Shown: positions 1 through 13,559, counted from the whole stretch's first letter. The stretch is 63,451 bases of DNA, filler included, from Salisapilia sapeloensis CBS 127946 (GCA_023334545.1; 16 parts of 16 records of this genome joined end to end with filler, not necessarily neighbours in it), one strand, 5' to 3'. Program-made: numbers and translations. Notes: generated by a model from the sequence alone, not told the origin.

Positions 1-3000
1 AAGCTTGCCAACTAGACAACATTAATAGAGAGATAGAGCGATTTGCGTAGTTGTAAACTTCATTGGAGTTGGGGCCATCGATTCGAAGCAAAACTGGAAG
101 TGAAGATGTATGCTGTTCGACATAATAAAAGAAAATCAAGTCGCAATCGGTAGGTCATTTAAAGGCAGTTTCGCTTTATTGATAAGATATCAGCGGATTA
201 CATTTTCTAGCTGCATATTATCGTATTGAAGCTGCGACGATGGCATTCCCGCGAGTTGTTAAGCATATAACAGACAATTACAATTGGATTGTTATGTAGA
301 TGCACCTTCTTAAGTTCTCTCTCTACTGAGTGATATTAATGACTTACTTTAAAACAATACTTTTACAAAATACAAGGATGACATATCGGCGATTTAGCAC
401 TGCTTTCAAGTCATATACTCGGAATAGGTCATGCATTGTTATGGCTAAAAAATGTCTCATTTGATATCGAAAGTAGTTCGATGCCAACGCACCGTACTTA
501 TTTACAAGCAAGTAAACTTCAATTACTGGGAAATTGTGTCTGCACATGATATGCGAACATGCACGAAGCGATCCCTTAACTTTTACAAGGGAGTATTTTG
601 TTTGCTGTAATGCTTTGCATTCACTGAAATCAATATGACAAACTAATACCGTTGCGCTGATGTACAAATGTGAAGCACAGCAATAGGAGCATATTGAACA
701 GTTTGTGTATTTGATATTTATCTCATCATCAAAGATGGCACAAAGAACGAAGCCTCTGAAAGTTGGCCTGCTGGCAGTTTTTCTTATGAAGTACAGCTTC
801 AAGTCTAACTAAAGTTTACGTAAAATGGACTTTAGGAATCTACTTGGGAAGCAGTCGCGGATCAGCACACATTTCAAAAAGAAAAAAGCATGATATATGA
901 AAGCTTTGACTGTATTATACAGTCTAATATGTGAGATTCGCCAGCGGGAAGTGTAAAAGCATAAAAGCATTGCGGCTTTGTCCAATGCAAATTTTGTGCG
1001 AGTGTTTAGGCAGCAGAAATCGATGGTGTCAGTATAATGGCCAAAAAACCCAGTCGTGGTTGTTCAGTAGATACTCTTTAAATTGGATGCTATTGCGTCA
1101 TGGGAGAGCAAATGTGAACTGCTATCAATACCCATTGTTGGTTGAAGGGTATATATCACGTATCTTCTTTTGATTAAGAAGTAGTTGATAAAATGTTGCT
1201 GAAATAAAGTGAGTGATAAATTATGTAGGAGAAATTTTAAGCGGTCTGAGTTAGGTGGATGAGAGATAAGAAATTTATCGGCACCGCTATAATTGCTTGG
1301 ATCTTGAGCTAGAATGGCGATGTGTGAAAACTTTTCATAGATCACATTGTTCATGTATCAAATCTATAGATTAGACACCTTTTGATCCACTGCAGCGATC
1401 GATGTGATATCAGTCGTAAAGTTACGTAAAAGTGCATCTACAAAAGTAAGAATCTATACGATTATACATCAAAGTAATGATTTAATAGGTGAACGATGTC
1501 GCTGCCTCACTGTGCTATTTATAACCAATAGCGGTATATAGGCGCTTAACAAGGCTTTAAAATTTTCTTCTTGGACTTCCATTAGATGAAATTCATTAGA
1601 AGGGGTGGAATTACCTTATATCGTGTTATCGATTTTGGCTCGATAATATCACAAAATGTCATCGTAAACTCTGAGACGGTTCCATATGCGTAATATTTTA
1701 CGATCGACAGTCTATATTGGTTTTAATCATCCATGCTATTTTTTCGTGTACGAGCGCTCGCTCCAAATCGAGAAAAAGGATACATATGAGTGTAAATGAT
1801 GCACAATAAAAGGACTATAGTAGCAATTTTTTGCATGGGGTATCAAGCAGCATACTGCTCTAATTATAAGCAAGTTTGGGCAACAATTATTAGTCCGTTC
1901 AAAGCTACAAATGCGCAAATTCTATTGCTTACTTTTCATTATTAAGTTAAATTATTAAGTGAGTTGCATTTTGAAGAGTCGCTTCTCTGCTTAAATTTAT
2001 TCTAAGTCATCTCCGAAGGTGGCTTGGAATATTTTTAAAATAAACAAGATTTGTGCGTACAAGTAAGCACAAGTACAGTCTCAATTTAAGCAGGACTTTA
2101 CGTAACTTTGACCCCATGTTAAAATGCTTTATTCAGCATCATTACAGTTTTGTTCTGCAATCCACATGGGGAAATTTCTCCCTTCGAGAACGGGCCTCAA
2201 GATCATTAAAGAAAACCTTTGGAGTTCTTGCGCTTGGCATGAAAGCTTTGGAAATACGAGCGAGACTACAACGTCTTCGTGATATATAAAAAGACTAGTA
2301 CTTTTAAAGTCCATGTGACGGGAGAAAGAAGTACCAAGTGTATGGATCAATATAGGCTATAAATAAAGTGCAAATACCATTGGTTTTTCGTTATGCCTCT
2401 CTTCATCGCGTGGTCGAAAGTAACAAGCTGCCATAGTCTAGCGGTAGCATTATTCACCAATGATGCGGCCAAAGGGGCGATTGTCTCCAGAAATGTTTTG
2501 GCCAGAATTTTTCATAAGCTCACTGGGTAGCAATGGCCAGTGAAGAACTGTCTTTCATTGTAGTATCGATACTGGAACTGCATAGATGTCACAGCTTTAA
2601 CCGAAACTGGCCATGAGCCTTCGTTGATGACCTGCTCTTGAAGTCCGGTCATTTCCAATTTCTGGGGCAAGTCCCCCGAGTCGTCCGCACACGCAGCCGA
2701 GGCGAAGGCAGCCAATCCGATAAAAAACAGCGAGCGAGACAGTACTGTACTGGAATTGTTAGGACCGTCTTTTGTAGTAGGCAGCAAAATCCTTAATGTG
2801 CAGGAGAAATCTCTTGGTATCAAATTTGGGAATTGTCTAGAACGCAGGCATTTCCAAGAAATACTTGGGATGGTTTCTGGTGACATTGGCTTCGTATAAC
2901 TTCTTACTCAAATTCGTTTCCCACTCGTATTTCGATGTTCAAAGCTTGCTCCAATACATCGTTTCCCACCAGTCAACGCACTTAATACCACCCAGCTACT

Positions 3001-3371
3001 TCTAAAGAGTTGTTACCACGATTCTCGCTATAATATCTATACGGAATATACACTTGGATCTTGCTCAATTACTGCATAAGGTACGTGCCACCGAGAACAA
3101 ATTCTTGTAAGTGTTTCCACTGGTCTCAAAATGAAGTAAAAAGTGAGGTAAGTTGAGATCGATTACTACGATATCTACATTCCGTTTCGTTACGCTTAAG
3201 GTGCGTGCCACCTTGCCGGCTACACCGTTTTCTTCATTTGTGAGTCCTTCCAAAGCTTTACTCCCCCATAAACCATAAACTCTTCTAGTGAAAAAAAACT
3301 TGGTGTTGTTTTAATATTGCAGATAGACTAGACTAGTAGTTGACTGACATACGGATGAGAACATAGACAGA

Positions 3372-4082
3372 TTAAGCGTAGGCCGGTAAAGTGTCGGGCG
3401 GGCCAAAGTCGCAACTACCAGGTTTGTAGCTTTTGACATGCGTTGCAATCTGAGCTATGGTACATAGGGAGCACCAGTAGCTAGCACAGCAATCGCCAAG
3501 CCAGTCCCCTGGAAGCTCGAATTGCTTGCGTGTTGTATGACGGAGGTACCAAATGATGGTGAAACAAATAATAGTGAAGAGAGAGGCCAAGACTTGCAAG
3601 ATACGGATAGCAGTGTAGTCACGGACGGTCCACTTGAAAAATACCCCAGGACCTTTGGTGGCATAATCGGGATCATTGCTCATCACACCTCCAAAGTCGC
3701 TTGGGTTGGTGTTAATGCTACCAGAGTCTTGAAGGTCAGACTCGTTGCTCGATGGTTTATACCAAAATGTTGAAGTGCGATAAGTAGTGACATTGAAATC
3801 AGAGAAAGATAAGGCTATGCTGACGATCCACATAGTAATGAAACTCACAATAAGGATGGCATTTATGCCCAATGCTTTCCAGTAGTTCATTACCCCCAGT
3901 CGTGCAGCGATTTGTGAGATGGAGACACACGGGCACAACCAGCTCATGAGACAATTTGGCATACAATGACTGAAACAATCACATAGTCCAGCTTCCCATT
4001 CTCCCCTCGCAGGAGTGTCCACGGCGGACGCATCTATTGTCGCGTAAGGAGTTTCCGTTGGGGTCATGTTGTTCTCCGACAT
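3372..4082 (-). CDS. PLAC8-family cysteine-rich membrane protein
   Basis: W-x-x-GLCDCF...CLMSWLCPC N-terminal motif and DCC...WCSLCTIAQ C-terminal motif; ends SYKPGSCDFGPPDTLPAYA as in oomycete PLAC8 proteins. ATG at 4082 (MSENN) preferred over the track's upstream start. Confidence 0.88.
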   Translation of the reverse strand: MSENNMTPTETPYATIDASAVDTPARGEWEAGLCDCFSHCMPNCLMSWLCPCVSISQIAARLGVMNYWKALGINAILIVSFITMWIVSIALSFSDFNVTTYRTSTFWYKPSSNESDLQDSGSINTNPSDFGGVMSNDPDYATKGPGVFFKWTVRDYTAIRILQVLASLFTIICFTIIWYLRHTTRKQFELPGDWLGDCCASYWCSLCTIAQIATHVKSYKPGSCDFGPPDTLPAYA

Positions 4083-5193
4083 AGTTACTATCGCTCCTCT
4101 TAGTTTTTCTTCGGGCTTGATCAAGGCCGATTACTTGATCTTGTTCGTTAATGCTACTCAAAAGAGAGATCTCGATAGCACTTGCTTACTGGAAGGCGAA
4201 AAGGATAATGAATCGAATATGCTTCTTACCACGTGCAACTCCCTCACTGTTGTCCCTTGTACATGTATTGTGTACTCGCTTGATGGCATAAGTGTCACAC
4301 GGGCACATTAAGTGGACCATATGAGCCAATTGAGACCCAGCAGCTGCAGCGAATTCTTGTCTGAGTACTATCACAGATATGTCTAGTCAAGAAGAGCTGT
4401 GAACCTCACAATTCAACTACACTCAATACTGTTCAGGAGTACGTAGGTTTTGCATCGGTAGTGGACATGCTAGACTTAATATGGTTCAAGCATGAAACTT
4501 GATACGATGTTTCATTTCTTGCGTAGTATAATCTTTGCTGTATATCTACTTTAGTTTGATCAATAAAGCGTACAGGGTCTGTGGGCTTACCGGTGTGTTT
4601 ACTTCAAAAGAGATCATATGTGGGGATTCACTCCTTTCTGCCATTTGACAAGTTGAGTGTGTGTTGCAAACAGATTTGTGTGGTTTCGCTTGGCCCATGT
4701 GTTTTTTAGATGTTCCATTCTTGTGGACAAATTGCTACTAGCCACAGAATATGGTGAGAATAGCTTATGGAAGCCAAATGGAGACTTTAGAAATCAACGA
4801 CGTTTCAACTTCACTTTTCTAACTATCCGGATGTTAAGTAAAATGCGTTGAAGGATTAATGAGGGATCAGTTGCTAGAAAACTTTTTGTTACCAGTGCAT
4901 CTATGTGTGAACTTGAAACGTGAGGATGGCATAATAAGCTCATTTCCCGTGCTATATTGGCAACTATTGCTTACCGATTGATCGCTTTGAGCCCCTATAG
5001 CATACGAAACAGTAGACATTGTGTGGAAGACAAGCTCAGTAGTGGATGCATGCCAAGAGTGGATTTTCTGGTCTAAACGATGCGAAATGATATGGGTAGA
5101 GTAATGGAATCTCTTGTACTAGTAGTAAGGACTGGCACAATGCGCATTTTATTTATAAACCCATCCATTTTATGAAATAAAGTACGATCGCTT

Positions 5194-5221
5194 CCAGTTA
5201 CCAGTTACCAGTTACCAGTAA
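5194..5221 (+). repeat. 7-bp microsatellite (CCAGTTA)x3 plus a partial copy
   Basis: ccagttaccagttaccagttaccagta, read directly downstream of the VASt gene. Confidence 0.85.
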
Positions 5222-5377
5222 CCTAGATAAAACCGCCAAACTAAAGGAGTCTCCGAAATGAAGTCCTAGTTCGAATATCAACATCCGAAACAATGATATG
5301 AACCTACAAGCGTATAAAAAGCGACAAGCATAAACATCAACTTGTGACTTGTAAATGTACTTGCTAGCAATTAATGC

Positions 5378-8323
5378 TCACTCGTCGTCCTGCTCTTCCA
5401 CCGGCACGTACGCCATCATACGAATCCACCGTCGTCGTCGGACGCTCGCACCAAGACGCTTGCTACTAGACTTGCCTCTTTCCAAGTGGGTCTTGAACCT
5501 CGGAAAGTCGGAAGCGTAGCTCCACCCGTCTTCATCGCAGTCCGTGTAGTTCCGATCCACCTTCCACGGCGTCGTCCACATCCACCCAGGCGGTGGTTGC
5601 ATCTACATCTCATCCTCAGTCCATCGTACATTACAATAATACAAACACCTCCTTACCTTATCAAAGCTGAGTTGCGCATCTCCAAATCGATTGGTGAAAC
5701 GTCCTCGATCCGTCGGCAAGAGATGGTTGGGTCCCCACTTACCAAACAGATTCACTCGCTGGTTCTCAAAGATCTCTTCCAACGCAACGCTGCCATCCAA
5801 TGTCGAGTCAAAGCGCGTCAGTCTTCTCTTCTGCCCATTCGACGCAGTAGACGCTCGGTCCTTATCTTCCTGGAAACGCACACTATGTCCTTCATTCGGC
5901 GTCTCGACGTCGTCTAACGTATCGAGCATCTTGCCAATCTCTTCAAAGATCACTCGAGTCGACTTCATCGTCCCATCTCTCGTGGCCGCTAGAATCTTAC
6001 TCTTCCACATAGTCGATTTTGTAAAAACGACTGCTAGATACACTTTCACATGAACGACTTCTTCTACTGCTCTAACAATATACATCGTTTCGACGTGGAA
6101 GTGGTCTCCATACGGAATATCTTGTAGATGGAGCTTCGTCTCTAGCTTCAGGACACTCTCCTCTTCTTCAAAGACAGCATGCTGGTCCTGAATGACGTTC
6201 GTACTGGATGGACCAATGGCGGCGTTCGTCTGTTGCTTGAAGGTGTTCCGACGGACCAATCCGCCGTAATCGTCCGACTTCTCCCACGACCCGAGATGAT
6301 GGTCGCTATCCCCTGTCACTCGATACACGCCCTGCCAAACCCGATCGCTCTTCTCACTATTGTACAAGACGTCAAAGAACTGTGTTGCGCTCGTCAGTTT
6401 CGTGCTGGGTTGGAAGTCTCCGACGACGTAGAACTCATCCATATCCGTCGTCATAAGGAACGGCTGGACACTACTCGGTGCTTCCCCTTCTTCCTCCTCA
6501 TCCGTCCGGTTTAACAAATCCATGAACAAGGTGGCACTCGACGTCGTGCCTTCTTTACTCGCCGGAATGATCTTGGACTTGAACATGCATCCTTTTGAGA
6601 ACGGGACGCCGACATAGACTTTCGCAGTCAAGTGTCCACTCAAGGCGTTCGTGCCGTCCGGGGTGTTACTCACCTCCCACACCTCTTCCACGTGGAAACA
6701 GTCGCCGTAGGGAATATCATGAAGCTGCGTTTTTTTCTCCAACACAAAGCGCTCTGGGTCGGCATCGGCCACCGACTTGAAGTGTACATGTTGCTCCGTC
6801 GTGGCCATGGTACTAGCTGGACCAATAGATGCGTTTGTCATTGACCTAAAGCGAATCTCTCTCGTCATGCCACCGTGCTCGGCCGATACTTTCCACTCGC
6901 CGACTTCCATTTCTGAGTCCTCTCGAATGCGGTAGAACTCATCCCATTTCTCATGGGACCCGTCGGCAAAGCAGAGGGTGAAAAACTCTAAGCAATCGGC
7001 AACGTGTGGACCAATCGGGAACTCGCCCATGAGCTCTCGTTCGTCTGCAGACGTCACCAAGAACGGCTGGACAGTTGCCGTTGCCTCTGAAGCCAAAGCA
7101 TAGTCCAAGCCGAGACTCATGTGGCCAATCGGTGCATGGGATAACATGTTGAAGATCGGGAACTTGCCTTTGCGACTGAATTGCGACACGCCGCCGTAGG
7201 GTTCCAACAAGTCGCGAAGCGACAGCGTCAACTCGCCTACCTTTGTACTTATGCAACGAAGTTTGAGTTCATGCAAGTGAATGACCATGCGTTCTGGGAC
7301 ACCGGAGAAAGCACCAGAAGTTGCGCCTGCCGATTGACAGTCAGTGCAGTCGTGACACGGATGATCATGGAAATGCCAGGTCAACGTTTCATCCCAAAAC
7401 ACACCTCTCGAAGGTTTCTTTGCCAATGACTTGGCAATTGTTTGTCCTACTGGGATTGTTGCTTCATACGAATGTGTTTCCGATTCGAAACTGATGACAG
7501 CATAAAACTGGCGACGACTCGTCTCTCCCTTGAAGTCACTTAGATTTTCAATGGTGACATTCAAGGTATGTGACTGCAACTCTGGCGTCATCGGGGTGTC
7601 GGTTGCCTCCGAATTGGGTGCATCTACTTCTGTCAATCCGGAATGACTGGAATTACTTGCTTCGGTGCGATCTGGTACAAAGGTGGATCTCCGACCGTGG
7701 ATCTGTCGTTCGGATGCTCTTTTTGTCAATAGACAGAGCCATAGACGACATGCTGCGTCGTCATCGGCTTTTAGCAAGTAGTTGACACCAGCAGAGCTTT
7801 TGACTAGGAGTGCGCGTGGTCCGAAGGAATGGGGATCCGCTGGTTTCACGGCATGGACGAAGAACTCACTCTTGATATCGATTTTACGTCTCGCAGCTTC
7901 AGCAGAGGAGTATAAACGTAATTGGGCATCGTAGGATAGACTTGCGAAATACTTTTTCCATCGATGTTTTCCACTCGCTCGAGTCTTTTGGACGAGGATC
8001 CAATCTTCCATGGGAATACCCCCCATGGTAGTCAAAATATCGAGAAAGTCAGATTTCGACACGATCGAGTCGGCGAAAAATGGGGAGACATAGTACGTGG
8101 AGTTCGTCGGCACGAGTGAATCGGTCAAGGATGGTGAAGGGCGTACTGAAATCTCCTTATCGACGGATGAAGACTCTGGAAGAGACGCCGAAAAACGTGA
8201 CTTGGAGGTATAAAGATGATAAAAGGAGTATATCAGGGCAGCTACAAGAGCAAAGGTAGACAGGAGGTCAGTTGCCGCCGTTAAACGTGCAGCAGCAGTG
8301 TCTTCATACCGACACGCCTCCAT
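5378..8323 (-). CDS. Membrane-anchored lipid-transfer protein: TM - PH - C2 - VASt - VASt - dysferlin/peroxin domain (2 exons)
   Basis: Hydrophobic N-terminal helix; PH-like segment (WKKYFASL...CRLWLCLL); C2-like segment (FWDETLTW...KVGELTLSL); two VASt repeats (LHDIPYGDCFHVE, LQDIPYGDHFHVE); in-frame 54-bp GT-AG intron 5656-5603 joining the DysF exon (WMWTTPWKVD...GWSYASDF...VRRRRWIR). Confidence 0.85.
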
Positions 8324-8538
8324 GAGACTGAAAATCACCGAATGTTGTGTCGTGGTACGAGTCACATAAAGTGGACCAACCTTGGTCGTAGAATCAGTTT
8401 GATTGGAAGAATGTATGAAAAAAGCTCTATTATCCAAGACACGTTGAAGCTGTCGACACGAAAAATCCGCTTCAGCAAAATAGAAGATCGATCAGCGTCG
8501 ATTTAGCTCTGCGTCATCGATTACGAACACGAGTGAAA

Positions 8539-10286
8539 ATGGCGAACAACACGCTAGGAATCGACCTTGGCTCTACTGCTGTGAAGTGTGCTATTGTAGA
8601 TAGCAGTACTGGACGCACGGTGGAAGAAGCGAGTAGTCCACTACAACGTGGGAAGGATGTGGCGACTAATGTAGGGGAAGAGTCGGTTGAGACGATCCTC
8701 CGATCCTTTCAGACTGCGTTGCAAAAGATTTCCAATAGTACGAGGGAGTGCCTCGATATGATCGTCATCTGCGGTCAAGTAGGACTATATGGCTTAAAGT
8801 ATGTTTCCAGATGTACCCATTCCTTTGTTTCTTTTCCATAGATGCATGGCATCGTCTGGTGGAATTGTGCTGCTGTGTATGAACTATTCAATCATCCAGC
8901 TTCCATCGATCTCACATCTTCATCTACGTCAGCATGGAGTCACTTGATCACGTGGCAAGACCAACGATGCACACCAGAGTTTCTAGTCAATTGCCGATCT
9001 AGCATCTCCCTAGACCAGACAGACTACTCTCCTTTAGCATCAGGTTATGGCATTGCTTCTTACGCACATGAAACGCAAGTACGACCAGATCAGTTCGACA
9101 AGTATGATACCTGTGGTACAATCATGGATCTCTTGCGTTTCATTCTATCTGGCGGCAAAACACCGGAAGACAACGTCATGGACGTTACCAATGCATTCAG
9201 TTGGGGTGGACTCCAGCCTTCGACCTATACTTGGCATCCGCAAGTGTAAGCAGCCAATCTTTATCTTGATCGAAGGCTCATCTAAACGACTTACAGAATG
9301 AAAGCATTGGATATTCCAATCGCCAAGTTACCACAAGTTGGTCGATTCGGTACCATCTGCCGTCCAGTGACCACCTCTGCCTCCTTCTTCCAACTACCCT
9401 CGGATAACGTCCACATCCACTTGACACTAGGTGATCACCCGTGCTCCGTGTTAGCTGCACTATCGCATGTCTCTACCTCTATCGATACCAACTACTCATG
9501 TATGTTCTTCTACTACATCCACCTTCAGCAAGCCACTCACCTGCTCATAGTAATCAACATCGGGACGTCTGCTCAGCTAGCCATGATCATACCAACAGCT
9601 CAGGCCCAAGACATCAATATGAAGGAGAATCCGTCACTTGAAGTACGACCCTTCCTGTCACCTGACCAGTCCATTGGTGTCGCTGCATCCTTGTCCGGGT
9701 AAATTTCTGCTCGAATAGTTGTCGGTAGAAACGTGTGCTTAGTGCATGTGCTAGTGGTAACGTAATGGCGTGGTTCGTCAAGCACTGGCTGGCTGTGCTA
9801 CAAGATCTAAAGGGTCCGACGGCGAACCTTGATGAGGACGAAGCTTACGAAAGAATCATTAATGCAGGAGTGCAGCATTCCGATACGACGCTATCGTTCT
9901 CACCTCGTATCTATGGAGAACGATCCGATCCGTCCAGCAAGGCGATTATCCAAGCTATCACCAGTGAAAACTTTAGTCTAGGTGACCAGACCGCAGCATT
10001 ATGTCGTGGTATCGTTTATAATCTGCTGAACATGGTACCAAGCGCGCTGCGACCTCAGCTGAAACAGAATCCGTATGCATCTTACCGTAACTGATCCAAC
10101 CATGCACTGATGGTTTTGTTTAGAATGATCGGGACTGGGAATGCCATGGTCAAGAATACCTTGCTTCAACTGTATACGAAAGAGTTTCTGGATGATGACT
10201 CAAGATTGATACTCCTGACTGCTGCAGACGCTGCTATTGGAGCAGCTCAAGCACCTGGTTACATTGCAAGAAACAAGACTAGTTGA
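8539..10286 (+). CDS. SHPK: Sedoheptulokinase-like FGGY carbohydrate kinase (6 exons)
   Basis: LGIDLGSTAVK, GQMHG across intron 8779-8841, LITWQDQRC, GYGIAS, GDHPCSV, INIGTSAQL, GGNVMAWFV, PRIYGER, GTGNA motifs. GT-AG introns reconstruct one frame ending at TGA 10284-10286. Confidence 0.85.
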
Positions 10287-10309
10287 AACTAGTTGCTTTA
10301 CATTGATTC

Positions 10310-12384
10310 TTACATTCGTAGCGATCTACATGAACGAAGTGGATTGTTGATTCGGGCTAGAACCGCCAAAGATGCTGCTAAAGTACCGTTGCTCTGCTTT
10401 TTGAATCCGATCGGAACGTGCTTGTCTTTGGATCGCTTTCGTCTTTCGTTCTTCTTCTGCCAGAGTTGGATGAACCGGTCGTACTTCTTCTGTCTTCTCA
10501 TGTCCACGTGATGAAGCGAAGCCTCCGTAGTGTTGAGACTCGGTAGCGAACCAACAGAAGTTGGCATCATTAGAATTACTTTATACACCCATATTAGCTT
10601 GGAGCAAGATGGAAACGATAGATAAGGATACCTGATCAAATCTTTTGTACTCTTTCGAGGCACATTCCCTCTCCTCGTCGGTACTTCCATCTTCCTGCAG
10701 TCGACAATTAGATCTGCTTATGAGGCAAAAAGGAAGAAATCGATACCGCTGAAGTTGTGAAAAGTCGAAACCTCGTGGAATGAGATGAATGGGAGGAACC
10801 TGCGGCTGGACTGGAGGTGTACCTTGTCTAGCACGACTGTCCGTGTATAATTGGACAAACTCATTAAAACTAATGGCTCGATTTCCGTCAGTGTCCACCA
10901 CTGACATTAAATGATGAAACTCTGGAGACGTTAGGTTCAATCCTAGAGTTTGTAGCTACAATGTACACGGAGCTATTAACCGAGTCGTTGGCAAAATTAG
11001 GCAAGATTAGACGTACCCCAGTTCGAAACTCTTGGTATGACAAGCTACCACTTCGATCCGTATCAAACGTAGCGTAAATATCATTTAATCGAGCTCCCCA
11101 ACTCCGAAGTTTACTGTGGACACTTGAGCGCAGCTTCTCGTCCTACATATCGGATAATTTGATAAGATTCTATTTACTTTACCATGCTGAACAAACAATG
11201 TATACGTTTAGCACTCGTTTTGGATCGACTGCAATCGGGTTTCGAAGCATGGACAGAGCATCGCCTAACTTCTCCTTCTTCCTTATCTGGTACTGCTTCA
11301 GCAGCTTGCGCTGTCCTTCTGCCTTTTTAGTTTGTGGATTAGCAAGCGTATTCTCACATAACATCGAGTTTAGTTCTGAGTACTGAAGCACTCCATCATT
11401 GTCTGTGTCGTAGGTATCCAGCAGCTTTTTCACGTCTTCGGATGATAGGAGTAAACCCTGGGAGCGAAGTTTCTCATCCATTTCTTGGACTGTAACTCCT
11501 CCGTCTTTGTTTTCATCCCAACTTCGAAAGACAGATCGAAGCTTGCGTGATGCATACTTTTCTTTCAGTAAATGTTCGACTTCCTCTCGACTGAAAACAC
11601 GTTCGTGCAAAGGACGTGTCCGACGCTCAAAATCTGATTGTTTTTCTTGGTCAAGCGGCAAGGTCACGTTTTCATCCCCTTCATCATCTCCACGAGCACA
11701 TCGCACGAATGCATCATATTCCCATCCTCTAACAGAAGACAGAAACAGATTATCGCTACATATTCCATTCAATAATAAGATTGCTCGTTACCCTGTAGGA
11801 GTAGACGAAATCTCATCGATCAAGTTATCCACAGCAGGTTCACCACCTAAGGCCTCAGTAAAGTTAAGGCTATCGATTATCTGTCGTATTTCTACCGGTT
11901 CTAGCTTTCCATCTTTATCTCGGTCCCATGACAGAAAAGCTCTTCGCAGACTTCGTTTTCCAACATAGTACTCTTGTAACAATGACGAAAGCAATTCCAT
12001 TCTAGTTGGGCAATCTTTCTCTTTAGTGTTTGTAGAGTTTCTTCTAGAGAATGTTGAAAAAGTAGACATCTTTCTTTGTGATAATATAGATGGGATGACT
12101 GGTTTTAAATCGATAGGTGGAGCGGACGATGCACGTCTGCCTGTCCCGGCCACTTGCTCTGAGAAACCTTTAGATCTAGTGCTTCGTGACGCTTCGTTCT
12201 GGTCGCTTGTCTCTATATTCAACAAAATTCGACGAGGAGTACTACCTCGACGCTTCGCCTCACGAGGAGGTTGGAATGGTAATGGAGTAGCAGTTCTAGA
12301 TGATGTGGAAGCTAGACATTCGAGCCGAGGGGTATTACTGTTCCCACTCGTGTGGCGTCTCTGCCTCGTTCTCATGATTTGCAT
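10310..12384 (-). CDS. Multi-EF-hand calcium-binding protein (multi-exon)
   Basis: EF-hand loops WDRDKDGKLEPVE, WDENKDGGVTVQE, YDTDNDGVLQYSE and VDTDGNRAISFNE spread over spliced ORFs; exact exon boundaries only partly resolved. Confidence 0.78.
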
Positions 12385-12954
12385 CAATAAGCAGAAGATA
12401 AATTAAAAGAGTAAGATAAGTGTTGAAGCATGTCCTGTAGGAAACCGATATAAATAGATTCCACGATGTGCATTTGCTTTGAAGAATAAAATCTGCTATG
12501 CATATATGTATGTTCGCGCTTGCAAATGAGGTATAAACGCATTGTCCGTTATTGTTTGCAAGACTTTAAATTTGTTTTTATGTGCGATGGAAAAGAAAGA
12601 AATTGAGATGCAATAGTCCGCACTAAAGATTTAAAATGAAACACGTAGTAGTACCGGTTTTCTATTTGTCAAAAGCCTCAATTAATTTGTACGAGTACTA
12701 TGCATGCGATTAAATGCATGCTAGACATGTGCAAGAACTTTACTATGCGGCATTGTCAACGGACAATCGTTCACCATCCAAAGTCTTCTCATAGAAAAAC
12801 AGCCATGGTCCAGTCGGTTCATTTTAGTACGTTAATAACCAGTGGTACTCTACTGATAGTCCATCTTTCCTCTGCCTTCACACACTGCATTACCAAAGTG
12901 CACACAGCATTCGAAGTATGATCCAAACAAGAAGCGAATACTAATTTCCACGTT

Positions 12955-13461
12955 CTATTTTTCTTTATCAGAGGAGGAACTACTCGGTACAAGTCCATGG
13001 AGGAACATGCTGGACGTACCACATATCGCTGCTGCTGCAAGCATATACCTAGGATTCCTCACTTCACTCCCGAACACTACTAATCCGGCACTAAATCCTC
13101 CTGCAAACGGATTAAACAGATCTTTTTTCCCTCGAGCTTTCTCAAACGCACAGCTGACACCACTAAAAATGCCGAGGAATCCAGTAAAGAGCATTACATT
13201 CCGCTTCAACGAATACTTGAATACATTTGCAGCAGCTCTTCTCGGTGTCATGCTCGGGTTGGCTTCAATCCAAGCAGTGGACGGTACTTGGAGCAATGCA
13301 TAGGCGTCGAATGCCAACGTCCAGGCGATGCCTGCACCTACACCACGAGCAATAAGGACAGCAGCAGAGGACACACAGTCATCTGAAGTGGATTTATTAG
13401 ATTTCGAGGGCACAGGAACGACTGAAGACGAACGCTCGGTCACGTCCCCCTCCAAACTCAT
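12955..13461 (-). CDS. Tim17/Tim22/Tim23-family membrane protein
   Basis: Glycine-zipper helices and FSGVSCAFEKARGKKDLFNPFAGGFSAG motif; start at MSLEG (13461). Confidence 0.85.
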   Translation of the reverse strand: MSLEGDVTERSSSVVPVPSKSNKSTSDDCVSSAAVLIARGVGAGIAWTLAFDAYALLQVPSTAWIEANPSMTPRRAAANVFKYSLKRNVMLFTGFLGIFSGVSCAFEKARGKKDLFNPFAGGFSAGLVVFGSEVRNPRYMLAAAAICGTSSMFLHGLVPSSSSSDKEK

Positions 13462-13559
13462 CGCTTGGCGGTTTTGTGTTTTGATTTCGTGTTTGGTACT
13501 ACTGCAGTACAATAGTGGTACATGAATACACATGAAATCACGCGCTAAAGTTGGTGGAA

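Noticed and set aside
1-2100. Short ORFs in the AT-rich opening region
   Set aside because: No recognisable motifs or consistent codon bias; treated as intergenic or highly decayed sequence
2129-2886. Decayed secreted trypsin-like protease (signal-like LFFIGLAAFASAA, TGHC)
   Set aside because: No Asp or Ser catalytic motif found and several stops or shifts are needed; too weak to call
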